A program made the position numbers and the translations under genes. DNA of 64,000 nucleotides. Origin: Hyalangium minutum. Lineage in GTDB: Bacteria > Myxococcota > Myxococcia > Myxococcales > Myxococcaceae. The notes under the pieces are model-generated. The model worked only from the letters and a program-made list of their open reading frames with translations, searched no databases and was not told where the DNA came from. Position 1 is the stretch's first letter; the number at the start of each line of letters is the position of its first letter. The stretch spans positions 933,509 through 997,508 of the forward strand of contig NZ_JMCB01000001.1 in NCBI RefSeq assembly GCF_000737315.1, given 5' to 3'. This document shows, in pieces, positions 49,786 through 59,369 of the stretch.

Positions 49786-52700
49786 TTACGGCGTGTACAA
49801 CTCCGTTACCAAGGCATCCCCACCGTTGGGGTTGAGCCCCCCAGAGACGAGCACCCGCCCATTGGGCAGCAACGTCGCCTGGTGGTAGAAGCGAGGCACG
49901 GTCGTGGTGCCGGCAGGACTCCAGGTGCCCGAGAACGCGTTGTACACGTCCGCGACCGTGCGCAGGCCGCTTCTCCCAAGCCCTCCCGCCACGAGCACCC
50001 GGTCGCTCACCTGTACCACCGCAGCGAGACTGGAAGCCGAGCTCGCGAAGACGACACCACGCCAGGTGTCTGTCACCGGGTCGTACACCTCCGCTGAGCT
50101 GCCCGCCGTGACGAACACCTGCCCGTTGGGCAGCAGCACCGCCGTGTGCTGGCTTCGCGGCGTGGCCATGGAGGCGACAGGGCTCCAGGTGCCCGTGGCC
50201 GGATCGTACACCTCCGCAGACGCAAGCTCCCCGCTGCCGCCGGAGCCCCCGGCGACGAGCACCTGCCCGTTGGGCAGTAGCATCGCCGTGTGGTTGGAGC
50301 GGGGCAGCGACATGGAGGCCACAGGGCTCCAAGTGCCCGTGGCCGGATCGTACACCTCCGCAGACGCGAGGTACCCGCTGTCGCTGAGTCCTCCGGCGAC
50401 GAGCACCTGCCCGTTGGGCAGCACCGTCGCCGTGTGGTTGAAACGGGGCACCGCCATGGGGAACACCGTGCTCCAGGTGCCCAGCACCGGCGCGTATACC
50501 TCCGCAGACGCCAAGCCCCCATTGGGGCCGTACCCGCCAGTGACGAGCACCCGGCCATCAGGCAGAAGCGTCGCCGCGTGTTCGTAACGAGACGTGAACA
50601 TGGAGCCCACCGCACTCCAGGTGCCGGCTGCCACGTCATACACCTCCGCCGAGGCAAGCAGGCCGCTGCCCCTGTCGATCCCCCCTGCTGCGAGCACCTG
50701 GCCATTGGACAGCGCCGTCGCCGTGTGGAAGAAGCGCTCGGAGGTCATGGCGCCCGTCAGGGCCCAGGAGCCCGATGCCGGAGCGTACAGCTCCGCCGAC
50801 GCCGGCCCTAAGGCGAGCACCTGGCCATTGGGCAGCAGCGTCGTCGTGTGCGGGCCAAAGAGCGAGTACGGGTACACAGTAGGGTTGGCGACGCTCCACG
50901 TGCCGGTCACCGGGTTGTAGAGTTCCTCGCCTGCCCCCCAAGCACTGCCCCCCGTCAAGAGCACGAAGCCACTGGGCAGCAGTGTTGCCGTGGGCATGGA
51001 GTGAGCGGAGTTCATGAAGCCGGCGCTGCTCCAGGTGTCGGTCTCCGGGTCGTACACCTCTGCCAACGTATCGTTAGAGGCGGAGCCGGTTCCTCCCGCG
51101 ACGAGCACCCGGCCTCCGGGCAGCACCACCGCGGCATGCCAGTTGCGAGCCACGGTCATGGAGCTCACCTCGCTCCAGGTGCCTGTGGCCGGATCGTACA
51201 CCTCCGCCGAGGAGAGAACGCGACCGTCGCTGGCGACTCCTCCGGTGACGAGCACCCGGCCATCGGTGAGCAATGTCGCGGTATACAGGATGCGAGGCGA
51301 GCTCATGGAGCTGACCGTGCTCCAAGTCTCGGTCGCCGGATCGTACATCTCCGCCGACGCGACGGGATCATTGAGGCCCACTCCCCCCGCGACGAGCACC
51401 TTCCCGTTGGGCAGCAGCACCGCCCGGTGGTGCGCGCGGCGCTCGCCCATGCCGGCTACCAGGCGCCAGCTCTCGGTGGCCGGATCGTACACCTCCGCCG
51501 AAGAGAGCGCGCTCCAGCTGTCGTCGTATCCCCCGGTGACGAGCACACGGCCATCTGGCAGCACCGTCGCCGTGTGGCCGCCGCGAGGGGTGTTCATGGA
51601 ATCCACCACCCTCCAGGCGCTGGTGGCCAGCGTGTAGAGTTCCGTCGGTTGCGAGTTGAGTCCCCCTGCGATGAGCACCTGCCCCGTGGGCAGCAACGTC
51701 GCCGTGTGCAGGTTGTGGTAGGAGGCCATGGGCCCCGTGCTGATCCACTCCCAGGCGACAGGCTCACAGCTCTCGCTCACGCCATTGCAGTCTTCATCCA
51801 CCGGTGTCGAGCAGTCCTCTGGCTGAGGCAGCTGCTGGCCCTGACAGGTGACGTTGCCGAACAGATCGCACGCCACGGTGCCCGCGCGGCAGATGCCTAC
51901 GCCACGGGTCCAGAGGGCGCCCCCATAGCAGGGCTGGCCCTGGTAGTCGGAACAGCTGCAGCCCTCATTCACCGCCCCATCGCAGTCTTCATCAAAGGGC
52001 CGCTGGCACGTCTCCGCCGCAGGCAGCACCTCCCCCAGGCAGGCGCTCCACTCCGTGCCGAGGACGTTGCACTGCCGGCGCCCGGCCCGGCACAGCCCCT
52101 GGCCCGCGGTCCCCGCGGGGCCCGAGTACGGGCAAAGCTCATAGGCCCCTGGCGTGCAAATGGGCGCTGTCACGACGAGTTGCACCTCGGCGCAGGGGCC
52201 GCTGCCGCAGATGGCCGCCTGCGGAGAGCCTGTGACCGTCGCCATCGAAGACAGAGGGCCGTCCCGGCCGGCGTAGACGGTGGCCGTGTGGCCGCGCTTG
52301 ATCTCGACGCACGTACGGCCCCCCGCGCCGGTGTACCGGGGCGAGCTGTTGCCCGAATAGGTGACCCCCTCGGCGAAGACCTGGGCACCCGCGACAGGGG
52401 CCCCCTGCTCGTCCACCACGCGCACGTCGACACAGCTCTTGTCCGTCCAGGGCGCATCACAGTTCCACCAGGTGAAGTGGCGCACCTGGACGACCCAGGC
52501 CAGCCTCCCCGGCTGTGTCTGCGAGGGCTGGATGGTCCCCGCGCCCTCCTCTTTCCACTGGCCCGCGTCCAGATCGAACCACCACGCCGGCACGGTGTCG
52601 CCCACCTCGAACTGGCTGGCCAGCGCTTGCGGCAGCAGGAACTCCAGCGTCGCGGTCTGTCCCGGCGCCAACTGCACGGGAGCGCCGCCGCTCCACAGGC

Positions 52701-54432
52701 TCACCTCCGCCATGAAGAAGCTCTCCAGTTGCACGCGCTCACCGCCAGTGGCTCGCACTCCCTCCAGCGGGCCCGGCATCAAGGCCATCTGCGTGGTGGG
52801 GTCAATCGGAGCGATGGTGACGTCCACGGTGCCCAAGACAGGCTGTCCCAAGGCATCCACCACGGCGTTGGGCGGCAGGGTGACGCGCACCTGCCCCGTC
52901 TGGAGGACGGCGCCCTGCTCCACCTGGAAGGAGATGGGCGTCGGCAGCGGCAGCAACGTGACCTGGGTGCCCACGTGCGCGCCCTGCTGCAGCTCTAGCA
53001 CCGCCGTGCCCGAGGTGAACCCCAGTGCATCCACACGGACGAGCAGCCGCCCCGACTCGAGGCCCTCCAGCAGCAAGTGGCCCGAGCTGTCTACCGGGTA
53101 CACGGCGCCCCGCGCCGACACAGCGGCTCCGGGAATCGAGTGACCCGCCTCATCCACGACCTGCAGGAACACGCTGGTACCCACTGGCTCCGTTGGCGCC
53201 TGGGGCGCGGAGGGCCCCGCGGGGATGTACACCTCCGCGGAGGCCTGATTGCCGGGGCTGAAACCTCCGGCCACCAGCACCCTGCCGCTCCTCAGGAGCG
53301 TCGCCGTGTGCAGGTAGCGGCTCGTGGCCATTGCCCCCGCGGAGCGCCACACACCCTGCGCTGGCTCATACACCTCGGCCGCGGTGAGGGTGCCGGTGTA
53401 CTCGTGGAAGCCTCCGGCCACCAGTACCTGCCCCTGGGGCAGCAAGGTTGCCGTGTGCGAGCGGCGTGGCAGGCTCATGCTTGCGCCCACCGTCCAGCTG
53501 CCCGTGGTGGGGTTGAACAGCTCCACTGAAGCGCTCTCCTGTCGGTTGGAGGAGCCTCCCCCCGCCACCAGCACCTGGCCATCCGCTAGCGCCGTGGCCG
53601 AGTGGTAGGCGCGCGCCACCGTCATCTGCCCGGCAGGGCTCCAGCGCCCCGTGGCCAGGTCATACACCTCTGCGGACCGCTGGCTCCCCCCGCTGCCGTC
53701 CGTGCCGCCCGTCACCAACACTCTCCCGCCCGGCAGCAGCGTCGCCGTGTGGTTGCGCCGGGCAACCGCCATCCGCCCCGTTGCGCTCCACGTACCGCTG
53801 CCTGGGTCATACACCTCCGCCGTGGACAGGATGGCGCCCCCGTACTCCTGGTCAGCGCCGCCCGTCACCAGCACCCTCCCATCCGGCAGCAATGTCGCCG
53901 TGTGGTAGAGCCGCGGCGTCACCATGTTGCCCACGGGCGCCCAGTGACCGCTGCCCGGGTCATACACCTCCGCGGAGATGCCACTGTTCCATTCCCTTGC
54001 CCCCACTCCGGCGACGAGGACCCGCCCATCGGGTAGCAATATCGCCGCGGCCGCGCGATGCGTGTTGAGCGCATCCGCCGTGCGGCTCCAAGTGCCGCTG
54101 CCCGGGTCATACAGTTCGGTGGAGCGGTTGTAGCCGCCGGTGACCAGCACCCGGCCATCCGCCAGCAGCGTCGCGGTATGCAGCAATCGTGAGCCGGCCA
54201 TGGCGCTCGTCGCGCTCCACTGCCCCTCCACGCTGCTGGAGAGCGTGTCGGCGCGGCCCGATGGGCTCTGCCAAGAAGAGAGCTCCTGGCCCGAGTTCCC
54301 GGCGGCGGTGTTGCCACATCCCACGCTCCACAGGCACAGCAGACCCAGCAGCACAACCCCAGGCACTCTCACGGAGGTCCTGACAACATCAGCAAGACTC
54401 CACGACATCGGTACCTGCTCGAGATGATTCAT
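49786..54432 (-). CDS. Large Kelch-repeat lipoprotein (7+14 repeats) with central carboxypeptidase-regulatory/Ig-like and Cys-rich domains
   Basis: Repeats R..HTATLL.DGRVLV.GG.....SAEVYDP..G.W. Lipobox LWSVGC. FDEDCDG and DEDCNG Cys-rich motifs. Start may be 54408. Confidence 0.9.
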   Translation of the reverse strand: MNHLEQVPMSWSLADVVRTSVRVPGVVLLGLLCLWSVGCGNTAAGNSGQELSSWQSPSGRADTLSSSVEGQWSATSAMAGSRLLHTATLLADGRVLVTGGYNRSTELYDPGSGTWSRTADALNTHRAAAAILLPDGRVLVAGVGAREWNSGISAEVYDPGSGHWAPVGNMVTPRLYHTATLLPDGRVLVTGGADQEYGGAILSTAEVYDPGSGTWSATGRMAVARRNHTATLLPGGRVLVTGGTDGSGGSQRSAEVYDLATGRWSPAGQMTVARAYHSATALADGQVLVAGGGSSNRQESASVELFNPTTGSWTVGASMSLPRRSHTATLLPQGQVLVAGGFHEYTGTLTAAEVYEPAQGVWRSAGAMATSRYLHTATLLRSGRVLVAGGFSPGNQASAEVYIPAGPSAPQAPTEPVGTSVFLQVVDEAGHSIPGAAVSARGAVYPVDSSGHLLLEGLESGRLLVRVDALGFTSGTAVLELQQGAHVGTQVTLLPLPTPISFQVEQGAVLQTGQVRVTLPPNAVVDALGQPVLGTVDVTIAPIDPTTQMALMPGPLEGVRATGGERVQLESFFMAEVSLWSGGAPVQLAPGQTATLEFLLPQALASQFEVGDTVPAWWFDLDAGQWKEEGAGTIQPSQTQPGRLAWVVQVRHFTWWNCDAPWTDKSCVDVRVVDEQGAPVAGAQVFAEGVTYSGNSSPRYTGAGGRTCVEIKRGHTATVYAGRDGPLSSMATVTGSPQAAICGSGPCAEVQLVVTAPICTPGAYELCPYSGPAGTAGQGLCRAGRRQCNVLGTEWSACLGEVLPAAETCQRPFDEDCDGAVNEGCSCSDYQGQPCYGGALWTRGVGICRAGTVACDLFGNVTCQGQQLPQPEDCSTPVDEDCNGVSESCEPVAWEWISTGPMASYHNLHTATLLPTGQVLIAGGLNSQPTELYTLATSAWRVVDSMNTPRGGHTATVLPDGRVLVTGGYDDSWSALSSAEVYDPATESWRLVAGMGERRAHHRAVLLPNGKVLVAGGVGLNDPVASAEMYDPATETWSTVSSMSSPRILYTATLLTDGRVLVTGGVASDGRVLSSAEVYDPATGTWSEVSSMTVARNWHAAVVLPGGRVLVAGGTGSASNDTLAEVYDPETDTWSSAGFMNSAHSMPTATLLPSGFVLLTGGSAWGAGEELYNPVTGTWSVANPTVYPYSLFGPHTTTLLPNGQVLALGPASAELYAPASGSWALTGAMTSERFFHTATALSNGQVLAAGGIDRGSGLLASAEVYDVAAGTWSAVGSMFTSRYEHAATLLPDGRVLVTGGYGPNGGLASAEVYAPVLGTWSTVFPMAVPRFNHTATVLPNGQVLVAGGLSDSGYLASAEVYDPATGTWSPVASMSLPRSNHTAMLLPNGQVLVAGGSGGSGELASAEVYDPATGTWSPVASMATPRSQHTAVLLPNGQVFVTAGSSAEVYDPVTDTWRGVVFASSASSLAAVVQVSDRVLVAGGLGRSGLRTVADVYNAFSGTWSPAGTTTVPRFYHQATLLPNGRVLVSGGLNPNGGDALVTELYTP

Positions 54433-54725
54433 ATTCTACCTGACCTGGGGTGGACGGCCTGCAAGCCTCGGAAGATCCACTCTCGTGGAGCGCATGCAGA
54501 CAAACATGGCATCAAATGACCGGGAGCTCATAGGCTCAGGGCGCGTCAATCGCCCAAGGGGGCGGCGCCGCAGGGTGATGACGACGTAGCCCATGCATCG
54601 CAACGCGCTCTCCGTCTCGCGGAGTTCTCGGACTACACGCGCGAGCGGCTGGCCTTGCTGGACGAGCTGACGCCTGACCAGGTCCGCGCCACCTACGACG
54701 AGGTGCACGCGCGCCGCTACGACAC

Positions 54726-54973
54726 TCAATCCAGAGGGTCCTGCTCGCTGCTGAGTCCCGTCCACAGCCGGAGGGCGTCTCGGGCTGGCTGGAACTGCCT
54801 CTGCAGCTCTGCGGGCAGCCGGTCCAGCCAGCCCGTGCCCGGCGGGGAGATCAGCCGGCGCTCCCTGGCGGCCACGAGCACGTCCGCGTAGCGCATCAGC
54901 CCCAGCCGTTGAACTGGGGGCTCCAGTACACGGGGTTCTCGGTGCGCAACCGGCTCAGGAGGGCGGCGGACAT
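54726..54973 (-). pseudogene. Cytochrome P450 N-terminal fragment, frameshifted and truncated
   Basis: LSRLRTENPVYWSPQFNGW / (1-nt deletion) LMRYADVLVAARERRLISPPGTGWLDRLPAELQRQFQPARDALRLWT aligns by eye with the N-terminus of P450 9118..10338. Confidence 0.7.
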
Positions 54974-55009
54974 GCGCGGAGCACGAGTAGAGGGCTCGTG
55001 CTCCGCGCA
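54973..55009 (-). terminator. Strong hairpin downstream of 55018..55872
   Basis: Perfect 15-bp inverted repeat TGCGCGGAGCACGAG / CTCGTGCTCCGCGCA with a 7-nt loop. Confidence 0.7.
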
Positions 55010-55017
55010 GCGCTCAC

Positions 55018-55872
55018 TCACTTCTCAATGTGGATGTGGGGACCGCCCCAGACCTTCTGTCCCGCCGGGCGTGTCCGCTCGTCACGCACGGTGTAGCCAG
55101 CCGCCCGGGCATCGGCCATGAAGGCATCGATGCGCGCCTTCGACACGTCGCGGGTGCGCACGTCGATCGCCCGCCCCTGGTAGTGCTTCGAGCGGGTGTT
55201 GTGCTTTCCGCCCGTGGTCGAGGTAACGGTCAGGCCGTGCTCTCGCGCGAGCCGTGCCATGCCCTCGAACGGCCGGCCCGTCGTCGGCTCGGTGCTCACA
55301 GCTTGGGTCTTGGTGTTCTGCGCAAAGCGTGAGGTGCCGTTGAGGGCCGAGAAGGTCCGCTGCCCCACCACGCCATCCGCCTTGAGTCCCATCGAGCGCT
55401 GGAAGTCGCGAACGGCCTTCTCCGTGCGGGGGCCGAACTTCCCGTCACTCACTCCAGGATTGAATCCCGCCGACCGCAACCGATCCTGCACCGCCCGAAC
55501 GCTCTCGTTCGCCGTTCCCTTGCGGAGCGAGCCGCTCGTGTAGCCGGCCACGCTCGCCCGATCGGCGGCCCGGGCCGCAGCCATCGAGTTCTTCGAGGAG
55601 AAGCTGCTCTCGGCGGAATACCCCTTCACGCTCGCCCGGTCCGCCGCTCGCGCAGCGGCCATCGAGCCCGTCTTCGAAGTCGAGCCAGACTTCGAAGTTT
55701 TGCTGTCAGCGGAATATCCGCTCACGCTCGCCCGGTCCGCCGCCCGCCCGGCAGCCATGCTTCCGCTGCTGCTTTTCGACGCACCTGTACTGCCGCTTGA
55801 CGCACCTGTGCTGCCGCTTCTCGACGCACCTGTGCTGCCGCTTCTGGACGAACCCGCACCGCTGACGGACAT
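55018..55872 (-). CDS. Peptidoglycan-binding-domain protein with C-terminal Hedgehog/M15-like Zn peptidase domain and low-complexity N-terminal repeats
   Basis: PG_binding_1 (VRAVQDRLRSAGF.PG..DGKFGPRTEKAVRDFQ...GL..DGVVG..T). HYQGRAID (H-x6-D) and PHIHI (HxH). Confidence 0.8.
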   Translation of the reverse strand: MSVSGAGSSRSGSTGASRSGSTGASSGSTGASKSSSGSMAAGRAADRASVSGYSADSKTSKSGSTSKTGSMAAARAADRASVKGYSAESSFSSKNSMAAARAADRASVAGYTSGSLRKGTANESVRAVQDRLRSAGFNPGVSDGKFGPRTEKAVRDFQRSMGLKADGVVGQRTFSALNGTSRFAQNTKTQAVSTEPTTGRPFEGMARLAREHGLTVTSTTGGKHNTRSKHYQGRAIDVRTRDVSKARIDAFMADARAAGYTVRDERTRPAGQKVWGGPHIHIEK

Positions 55873-55997
55873 GAAGTGCTCCTAGAGGGGAGAAGGCGCG
55901 TCCGGGGGGCACGCCGTCCCTGTCGTACCCACATTCTCGTACGAGCAGTGAAAAGAGTTGCCGCCAAATCACACGGAGTGGCTTCTCCCAAAGGAGA

Positions 55998-57386
55998 ATG
56001 GCGTTGAGCGCGTCCTATGCTCGCGGCATGGCTCTCGTACGGAATGCTCGTCTTGCGCTCTGCCTGCTCGTGATGCTGGGGCTCACTGGTTGCTCGGACG
56101 AGCCGATAGGGGATCCGCCCATCTGCGGGGTCAGCCCTGTCCCGTCCCCTGGCACCGGCCAGAGTTCGGGGCTGATGAAGGTAGGCCAGCGGTTCACCCT
56201 GCGCATCACGCCGGTGAATCCGTCGGTCTGCGGCGAGCCCACGCTGCCCACCTCCGTCACGGCTGAGATCGAAGGTCCCAGCGGCGAGCCCATCGAAGGG
56301 CAGATCCAGCTGGGCGAGGCGACCGCTCCGGCCACCCTCCAGTTCACCCCGGTGCGGCCTGGCCCGCACCACATCCTCGTCGCCTTCTCTCAAGTGGGAG
56401 GCCTTCACCAGTTCGACTTTCACGCGGTGGTGGACAGCTCCCTCTCCGCGCCCAGCTACACCTTGAACAGGGCTTGCACCTCGCTGGAGCGCACCCAGCA
56501 GGGCAGCTGGGTCTGTGGCACCACGGTGCTGCGCGGCGATACCCAGGTGGCCACCTTCCCCAACGCGCGCCTGGCCGTCGCCGGAGATGTCATCTGGGTG
56601 CTGTCCAGCACGGCGCTCGAGCGCTACGTGGACACGGGCTCAGCCCTGGTCATGACGGGCTCGCTGAACCACTCGCAGGGCAATGCCACGTTCCTGCTGG
56701 CCTCGGCGGAGGAGCTGGCCGCTGTCCATGATGACTCCCTGGCGCTCTACACCTTCAGCGGCGGCACCCTGGCCTCCGCGGGCGTCACGCCCTGGACCCC
56801 TCCCGCTGCCTCGGTAGGCTTCGCAGGGGACCCTCACGGCCTGCTCCTGCGTGAAGGCAGCCAGTTCATCCTGGTGACTCGCCAGGCCGTCAACTTCCAG
56901 TCCGTGATTCAAGCGTGCCCGTACCAGCTCGACTCGGGCAGGCTTCAGCGCACGCCGGAGACCTGTCTCCAGTTGGGGGGAGACGTGGTGGGCTTCGAGC
57001 CCCAGGTCCTCTGGACACGGGATCCGCCCTTCATGAGCGGCACCCGTCTCGAGCAGGGGAGCATCCACCGGTGGGAGTGGAGCGGCGGACGGCTCGTCGA
57101 GGCAGGCTCGGTGTCGCTGGGCGCCCAGGCCCTCCTCACCTTCCCACCGATGGTGACCCCCTCCGTCGTGCCGGCCATCTACGCGAACCAGTCCGGCAAC
57201 TTCAGCGCTTCGCTCACCGCGGTGGCCTTCTGGTCCGCCGAGCGGCGGGCGATCCTCTTCGAGCACCTGGACGCGGAGGTGCACTCCCTCCGCGCCAGCC
57301 CCACCTTCTACTGGGGCAATATCTCCCCGTCGACCTCGCCCCCTCTCACGAAGATCCGCCTGCGCTCGCAAGCCCCTATCCCGTAA
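55998..57386 (+). CDS. Hypothetical lipoprotein
   Basis: Lipobox LGLTGC and beta-rich mature region. Start 55998 or 56028. Confidence 0.75.
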   Translation: MALSASYARGMALVRNARLALCLLVMLGLTGCSDEPIGDPPICGVSPVPSPGTGQSSGLMKVGQRFTLRITPVNPSVCGEPTLPTSVTAEIEGPSGEPIEGQIQLGEATAPATLQFTPVRPGPHHILVAFSQVGGLHQFDFHAVVDSSLSAPSYTLNRACTSLERTQQGSWVCGTTVLRGDTQVATFPNARLAVAGDVIWVLSSTALERYVDTGSALVMTGSLNHSQGNATFLLASAEELAAVHDDSLALYTFSGGTLASAGVTPWTPPAASVGFAGDPHGLLLREGSQFILVTRQAVNFQSVIQACPYQLDSGRLQRTPETCLQLGGDVVGFEPQVLWTRDPPFMSGTRLEQGSIHRWEWSGGRLVEAGSVSLGAQALLTFPPMVTPSVVPAIYANQSGNFSASLTAVAFWSAERRAILFEHLDAEVHSLRASPTFYWGNISPSTSPPLTKIRLRSQAPIP

Positions 57387-57435
57387 TTCAGGAGAAGAGG
57401 AGCTCGGGCTGCGGGGTGACAGTCGTGGAGCGGCC

Positions 57436-58116
57436 CTATGAGTTCATGCGGATGAGATGGGTGCGGCTCATGGCGCGCATGTCATCGGCAATGCCGGAGA
57501 TCTCATCCATCGCCCGGCTGGCCTCGGTGTCCGAGCCCCTGGCGTTCGCGTCCGCAGGGGTGGCGCGCAGCCGCTCGCTGCGCTGGGCGATGAACTTGAG
57601 GATGTAGGCGCGCTCGGCCCCGGCATCCGCCCGAGCCTCATTGAGGCCATGTGCGCCGCCCTGCCCCGCCCGCTCCAGCAGGGCCTTCGCTTGCTGGAAC
57701 TGCGCCTGGGGCATGTGTACCAGCGTCTGAGCTGCCAGCTCCGCCTGCGGCTGCACCAGGATGCCCTCGTGCCCCGTGGTCGTCGTGGCGCGTGGATCCG
57801 CCACCCCCTTGGCCAGCGCATGCCGGATCTCCGGCGGCAACCGCTGCGCGGCCCGAGGGCTCTCCTGGGCCATGTCGAGCACCCGCACATAGGTGCCGAT
57901 GGCCGGCTTCGCGTTGGGAGTCGCCAGCACGTGCTGAAGCAGGAGGAGCTCGCGCTGGAGTTCGGCGCCGGTCAGGCTCTGGAGGTGCGTGGTGACGCGA
58001 GTGCGCTTCGCATCGGGCACGCCGGTGCGGCGGAGGGCGGCGTCGATCTGAACGAGGGGTTGCGACGCAGCGCTTACGGGACGTGGGCCTTTTGAAGTGT
58101 CGAAGCCATCGGCCAT
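57436..58116 (-). CDS. Hypothetical helical protein, possibly C-terminally truncated
   Basis: AAGGAG RBS before ATG 58116 (MADGFDTSKG). High GC3. Confidence 0.65.
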   Translation of the reverse strand: MADGFDTSKGPRPVSAASQPLVQIDAALRRTGVPDAKRTRVTTHLQSLTGAELQRELLLLQHVLATPNAKPAIGTYVRVLDMAQESPRAAQRLPPEIRHALAKGVADPRATTTTGHEGILVQPQAELAAQTLVHMPQAQFQQAKALLERAGQGGAHGLNEARADAGAERAYILKFIAQRSERLRATPADANARGSDTEASRAMDEISGIADDMRAMSRTHLIRMNS

Positions 58117-58139
58117 GGCACGGACTCCTTGGGAGGAGG

Positions 58140-58198
58140 CTACCAGGGGCAGTCGAGGACTTCCACGGTGCGCGTCACCGGCGGGACCGTGTCCCCCC
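58140..58198 (-). pseudogene. 3' remnant of a third DUF5011-tail paralog
   Basis: GDTVPPVTRTVEVLDCPW*, versus GNSAPPVTRTVNVVNCPW* (8226) and GNSATPITRTVDVVNCPW* (48912). Cut off at the att-like repeat. Confidence 0.75.
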
Positions 58199-58224
58199 GA
58201 GGCGGCGGGAATCGAACCCGCCGC
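58199..58224 (-). mobile_element. att-like repeat 1: tmRNA 3'-end fragment
   Basis: Minus strand reads GCG-GCGGGTTCGATTCCCGC-CGCCTC, i.e. T-arm plus acceptor 3' strand with the tmRNA-type CGCCTCC(ACCA) end. No upstream RNA body is present. Confidence 0.7.
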
Positions 58225-58451
58225 AGCGACCTCACTTCGGCGGGGGCGTGTTGAGGAACTGCTGCTCCCACACCGCTCAGTGCGCTGCCCCACCTGCGCG
58301 AGGGAACGTTGGTGCGGCTCCAGGCGTTAGCGGTGCGCCCCAGTCCCGCCTCCTTCAATGGCACCCTCTCCACCCGGTGCACCGCCGTCACCCTCCTCCA
58401 GAGGGGCGAGCCTTGACCCACAGCCCTCCGCTTGATTGAAAGGACGTGGCC

Positions 58452-59369
58452 ATGCGTCTCCGAACTTGCAGCGCCCCCCTGGTACTGCTCCTGCTCTCGG
58501 CCTGCGCCACAATGGAGCCGACCCCGGGAGAGATGGAGCCCCCGAGTCCGAGATTCGCCAACCTTCAGCGCGCAGCCCAGTATCCCTGGACGGATGACGG
58601 GCATTGCGTAGTGCGAGAAGCTTCCAACGAATGGCCTGTCCTGGCGGAGCGGTGCTTTCACGCGCTCGATCACAAAAGAGTCAAGTTTCGCGATGTTACC
58701 GGAAGGTGCGCCGTAGCCTCTACGGCGCTGGCTCCCGCAGCCGTGGCCCTCTGTGTCTTTGCGGCACCTGAGATCGTCGTCGGCGCAGTGATTGTGGTGG
58801 GAGCCGTAGTGGTGGCTGCTGCCATCACAGAAGGGCTGGAGGCTTACGAACGGAACGCATCCCGTGAGCGTGCGAAGCAGACGACTCAGACACGGCCATC
58901 CCATGCGGAGGAACCCGTGGCGAACGGCGAGCCCACGCCCAGAGGCTTGGGCCGGGATTGGTTTCCCCCAGAGCCGCCAGAATTGGAGCCGCATGACCGC
59001 CGCCCCGAGTGCACTCCCAGACGGGTTCCTCCCAAGGGTGGACACCCCTTCCATAACAAGTGCGCTGACGCGATTCCTGGCAACGCCTTCCGTGGCGCCA
59101 ACGCGCTCGTCAACGGCAAGGCTTTCGACGCGCTGCAACCTGCCACGCGAAGACTGTGGGAGGTCAAAACCACCGCCATTGAAACCTACAATCCCTTCGT
59201 TCAGCAGATGGAACTCGCCCAGCAAGTAGAAGAAGGGCTACGAGAACGCGAACTTGCGGCGGCCTGCGGCTATGATTTTGCCATCGGCGTTCGTACCGAA
59301 GTGCACAAAAAGATGCTGGAGGAAGCAGAGCCCCGCCTCACTGTTGTTCTCATGCCGTGGTGCAAATGA
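58452..59369 (+). CDS. SitA-like lipoprotein toxin with C-terminal PD-(D/E)xK nuclease-type domain (DUF6310-like)
   Basis: Lipobox LLLLSAC-AT, hydrophobic middle segment, C-terminal KAFDAL...WEVKT. ATGA-coupled to the next gene. Confidence 0.75.
   Translation: MRLRTCSAPLVLLLLSACATMEPTPGEMEPPSPRFANLQRAAQYPWTDDGHCVVREASNEWPVLAERCFHALDHKRVKFRDVTGRCAVASTALAPAAVALCVFAAPEIVVGAVIVVGAVVVAAAITEGLEAYERNASRERAKQTTQTRPSHAEEPVANGEPTPRGLGRDWFPPEPPELEPHDRRPECTPRRVPPKGGHPFHNKCADAIPGNAFRGANALVNGKAFDALQPATRRLWEVKTTAIETYNPFVQQMELAQQVEEGLRERELAAACGYDFAIGVRTEVHKKMLEEAEPRLTVVLMPWCK

Noticed and set aside
49786-54432. CRISPR-like regularly spaced repeats
   Set aside because: The periodic DNA similarity comes from in-frame Kelch repeats, not repeat-spacer units. 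No cas genes are present.
58199-58224. Intact tRNA or tmRNA gene at the TTCGA-containing motifs (also 60167-60192)
   Set aside because: Only the T-arm and acceptor 3' strand are present. There is no D-arm, anticodon arm, 5' acceptor strand or CCA end, so these are treated as att-like fragments.
58201-59225. 361-aa minus-strand ORF 58140..59225 as a gene
   Set aside because: It is antisense to the toxin gene. Only its last ~19 codons are meaningful (Ig-tail remnant).
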